From Bacteroidales bacterium (lineage in GTDB: Bacteria > Bacteroidota > Bacteroidia > Bacteroidales > VadinHA17), in contig JBBRVC010000003.1 in NCBI GenBank assembly GCA_038247205.1, positions 1 to 55,960 on the forward strand: a DNA stretch of 55,960 nucleotides. Reading direction: 5' to 3'. Below are positions 55,295 to 55,960 of this stretch, one piece after another (the stretch's first letter is position 1; each line of letters opens with the position of its first letter). The notes under the pieces were generated by a model, which saw nothing but the letters and a program-made list of their open reading frames with translations, searched no databases and was not told the origin of the DNA. Position numbers and translations under genes: made by a program.

Positions 55295-55960
55295 ATGAAA
55301 AGAAGAGATTTTCTCAGAACATCCGCCGGTGCGACTCTTGCAGCAGGAGCAGCCATAAGTATTGGGGGATATGATAAACTATGGTCAACCTCTTCTGCTA
55401 CTGCTAAGTATGACATGGTAGCTGTGATGGGCGGAAATCCGGATGCTATGTTTGATCTTGGAATTCAGGAATATGGAGGTATGGGAGCATTTGTTCAGAA
55501 AGGCCAGAAAGTTCTGATCAAACCAAACATAGGATGGGATGTGATACCTGAGCTTGCCGGAAATACTAATCCCCTTCTGATAAAAAGAATTATTGAGCAT
55601 TGTTTTAAAGCCGGTGCCAGGGAGGTCTATGTATTCGATCATTCAATCGATAACTGGGTAAACACTTATAAAAACTCAGGTATAGAGAGGGTTTCTAAAG
55701 CTGCAGGGGCAAAGGTTGTTCCGGGAAATTCTGAAAATTATTATCAGGAAATCACGATTCCCGGCGGGGAACGGCTCAAATCAGCTAAAGTTCATGAGTT
55801 GTTATTAGAAACAGACGTTTTTATAAATGTTCCGATTCTGAAAGATCATAATTCCACAAGAATGACCTGTTGTCTTAAAAATACTATGGGACTGGTTTGG
55901 GACAGAGGGTTCTGGCATAAGAACGACTTGCATCAGTGCATAGCTGATTATGCTTTATAT
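55295..55960 (+). CDS. DUF362 domain protein with twin-arginine (Tat) signal, 3' end beyond the window edge
   Basis: Not in ORF track. ATG 55295, open to the end: MKRRDFLRTSAGATLAAGAA...GGMGAFVQKGQKVLIKPNIGWD...NTNP...FDH...INVPILKDH..TRMTCCLKNTMG; KPN, PxLKxH and T.CLKN.MG motifs. Confidence 0.88.
   Translation, partial: MKRRDFLRTSAGATLAAGAAISIGGYDKLWSTSSATAKYDMVAVMGGNPDAMFDLGIQEYGGMGAFVQKGQKVLIKPNIGWDVIPELAGNTNPLLIKRIIEHCFKAGAREVYVFDHSIDNWVNTYKNSGIERVSKAAGAKVVPGNSENYYQEITIPGGERLKSAKVHELLLETDVFINVPILKDHNSTRMTCCLKNTMGLVWDRGFWHKNDLHQCIADYALY

Noticed and set aside
55222-55642. Two minus-strand ORFs (64 and 85 aa) in the ORF track
   Set aside because: Antisense to the DUF362 gene starting at 55295, which the track missed because it has no stop inside the window.

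Overview
This 56-kb window looks like core chromosome from an anaerobic Bacteroidota (Bacteroidales-like) bacterium. The evidence is TAnnTTTG promoters, a type-B T9SS cargo protein and a proS / Tyr-rich lipoprotein / FadL-like arrangement. It holds about 46 protein genes, two of them truncated by the window edges and missing from the ORF track, plus tRNA-Ser(UGA). Housekeeping genes include hup, htpG, aspC, plsY, pckA, ppdK, xerD, aroQ, pyk, nth, aroB, aroC, nhaA, tilS and proS. No intact mobile element or CRISPR array was seen. The most interesting signals are: (1) a larC-larE-larB nickel-pincer cofactor operon with no larA in the window, divergent from a Tat-exported DUF362 protein that could be an unknown cofactor client; (2) two paralogous exported Tyr/Gly-rich low-complexity proteins sharing a YSxR(I/L)xRFH motif, directly upstream of a FadL-like barrel; (3) five copies of a sigma-54-like TTGGYA-N6-TTG(A/T) element upstream of exported-protein genes and htpG; (4) an identical TAACATT-N10-GATTGTT element upstream of yceI and nhaA; (5) a tail-anchored pseudo-receiver protein; (6) two unannotated gene remnants in the first 2 kb. 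All family calls come from motif recognition by eye, not from database searches.
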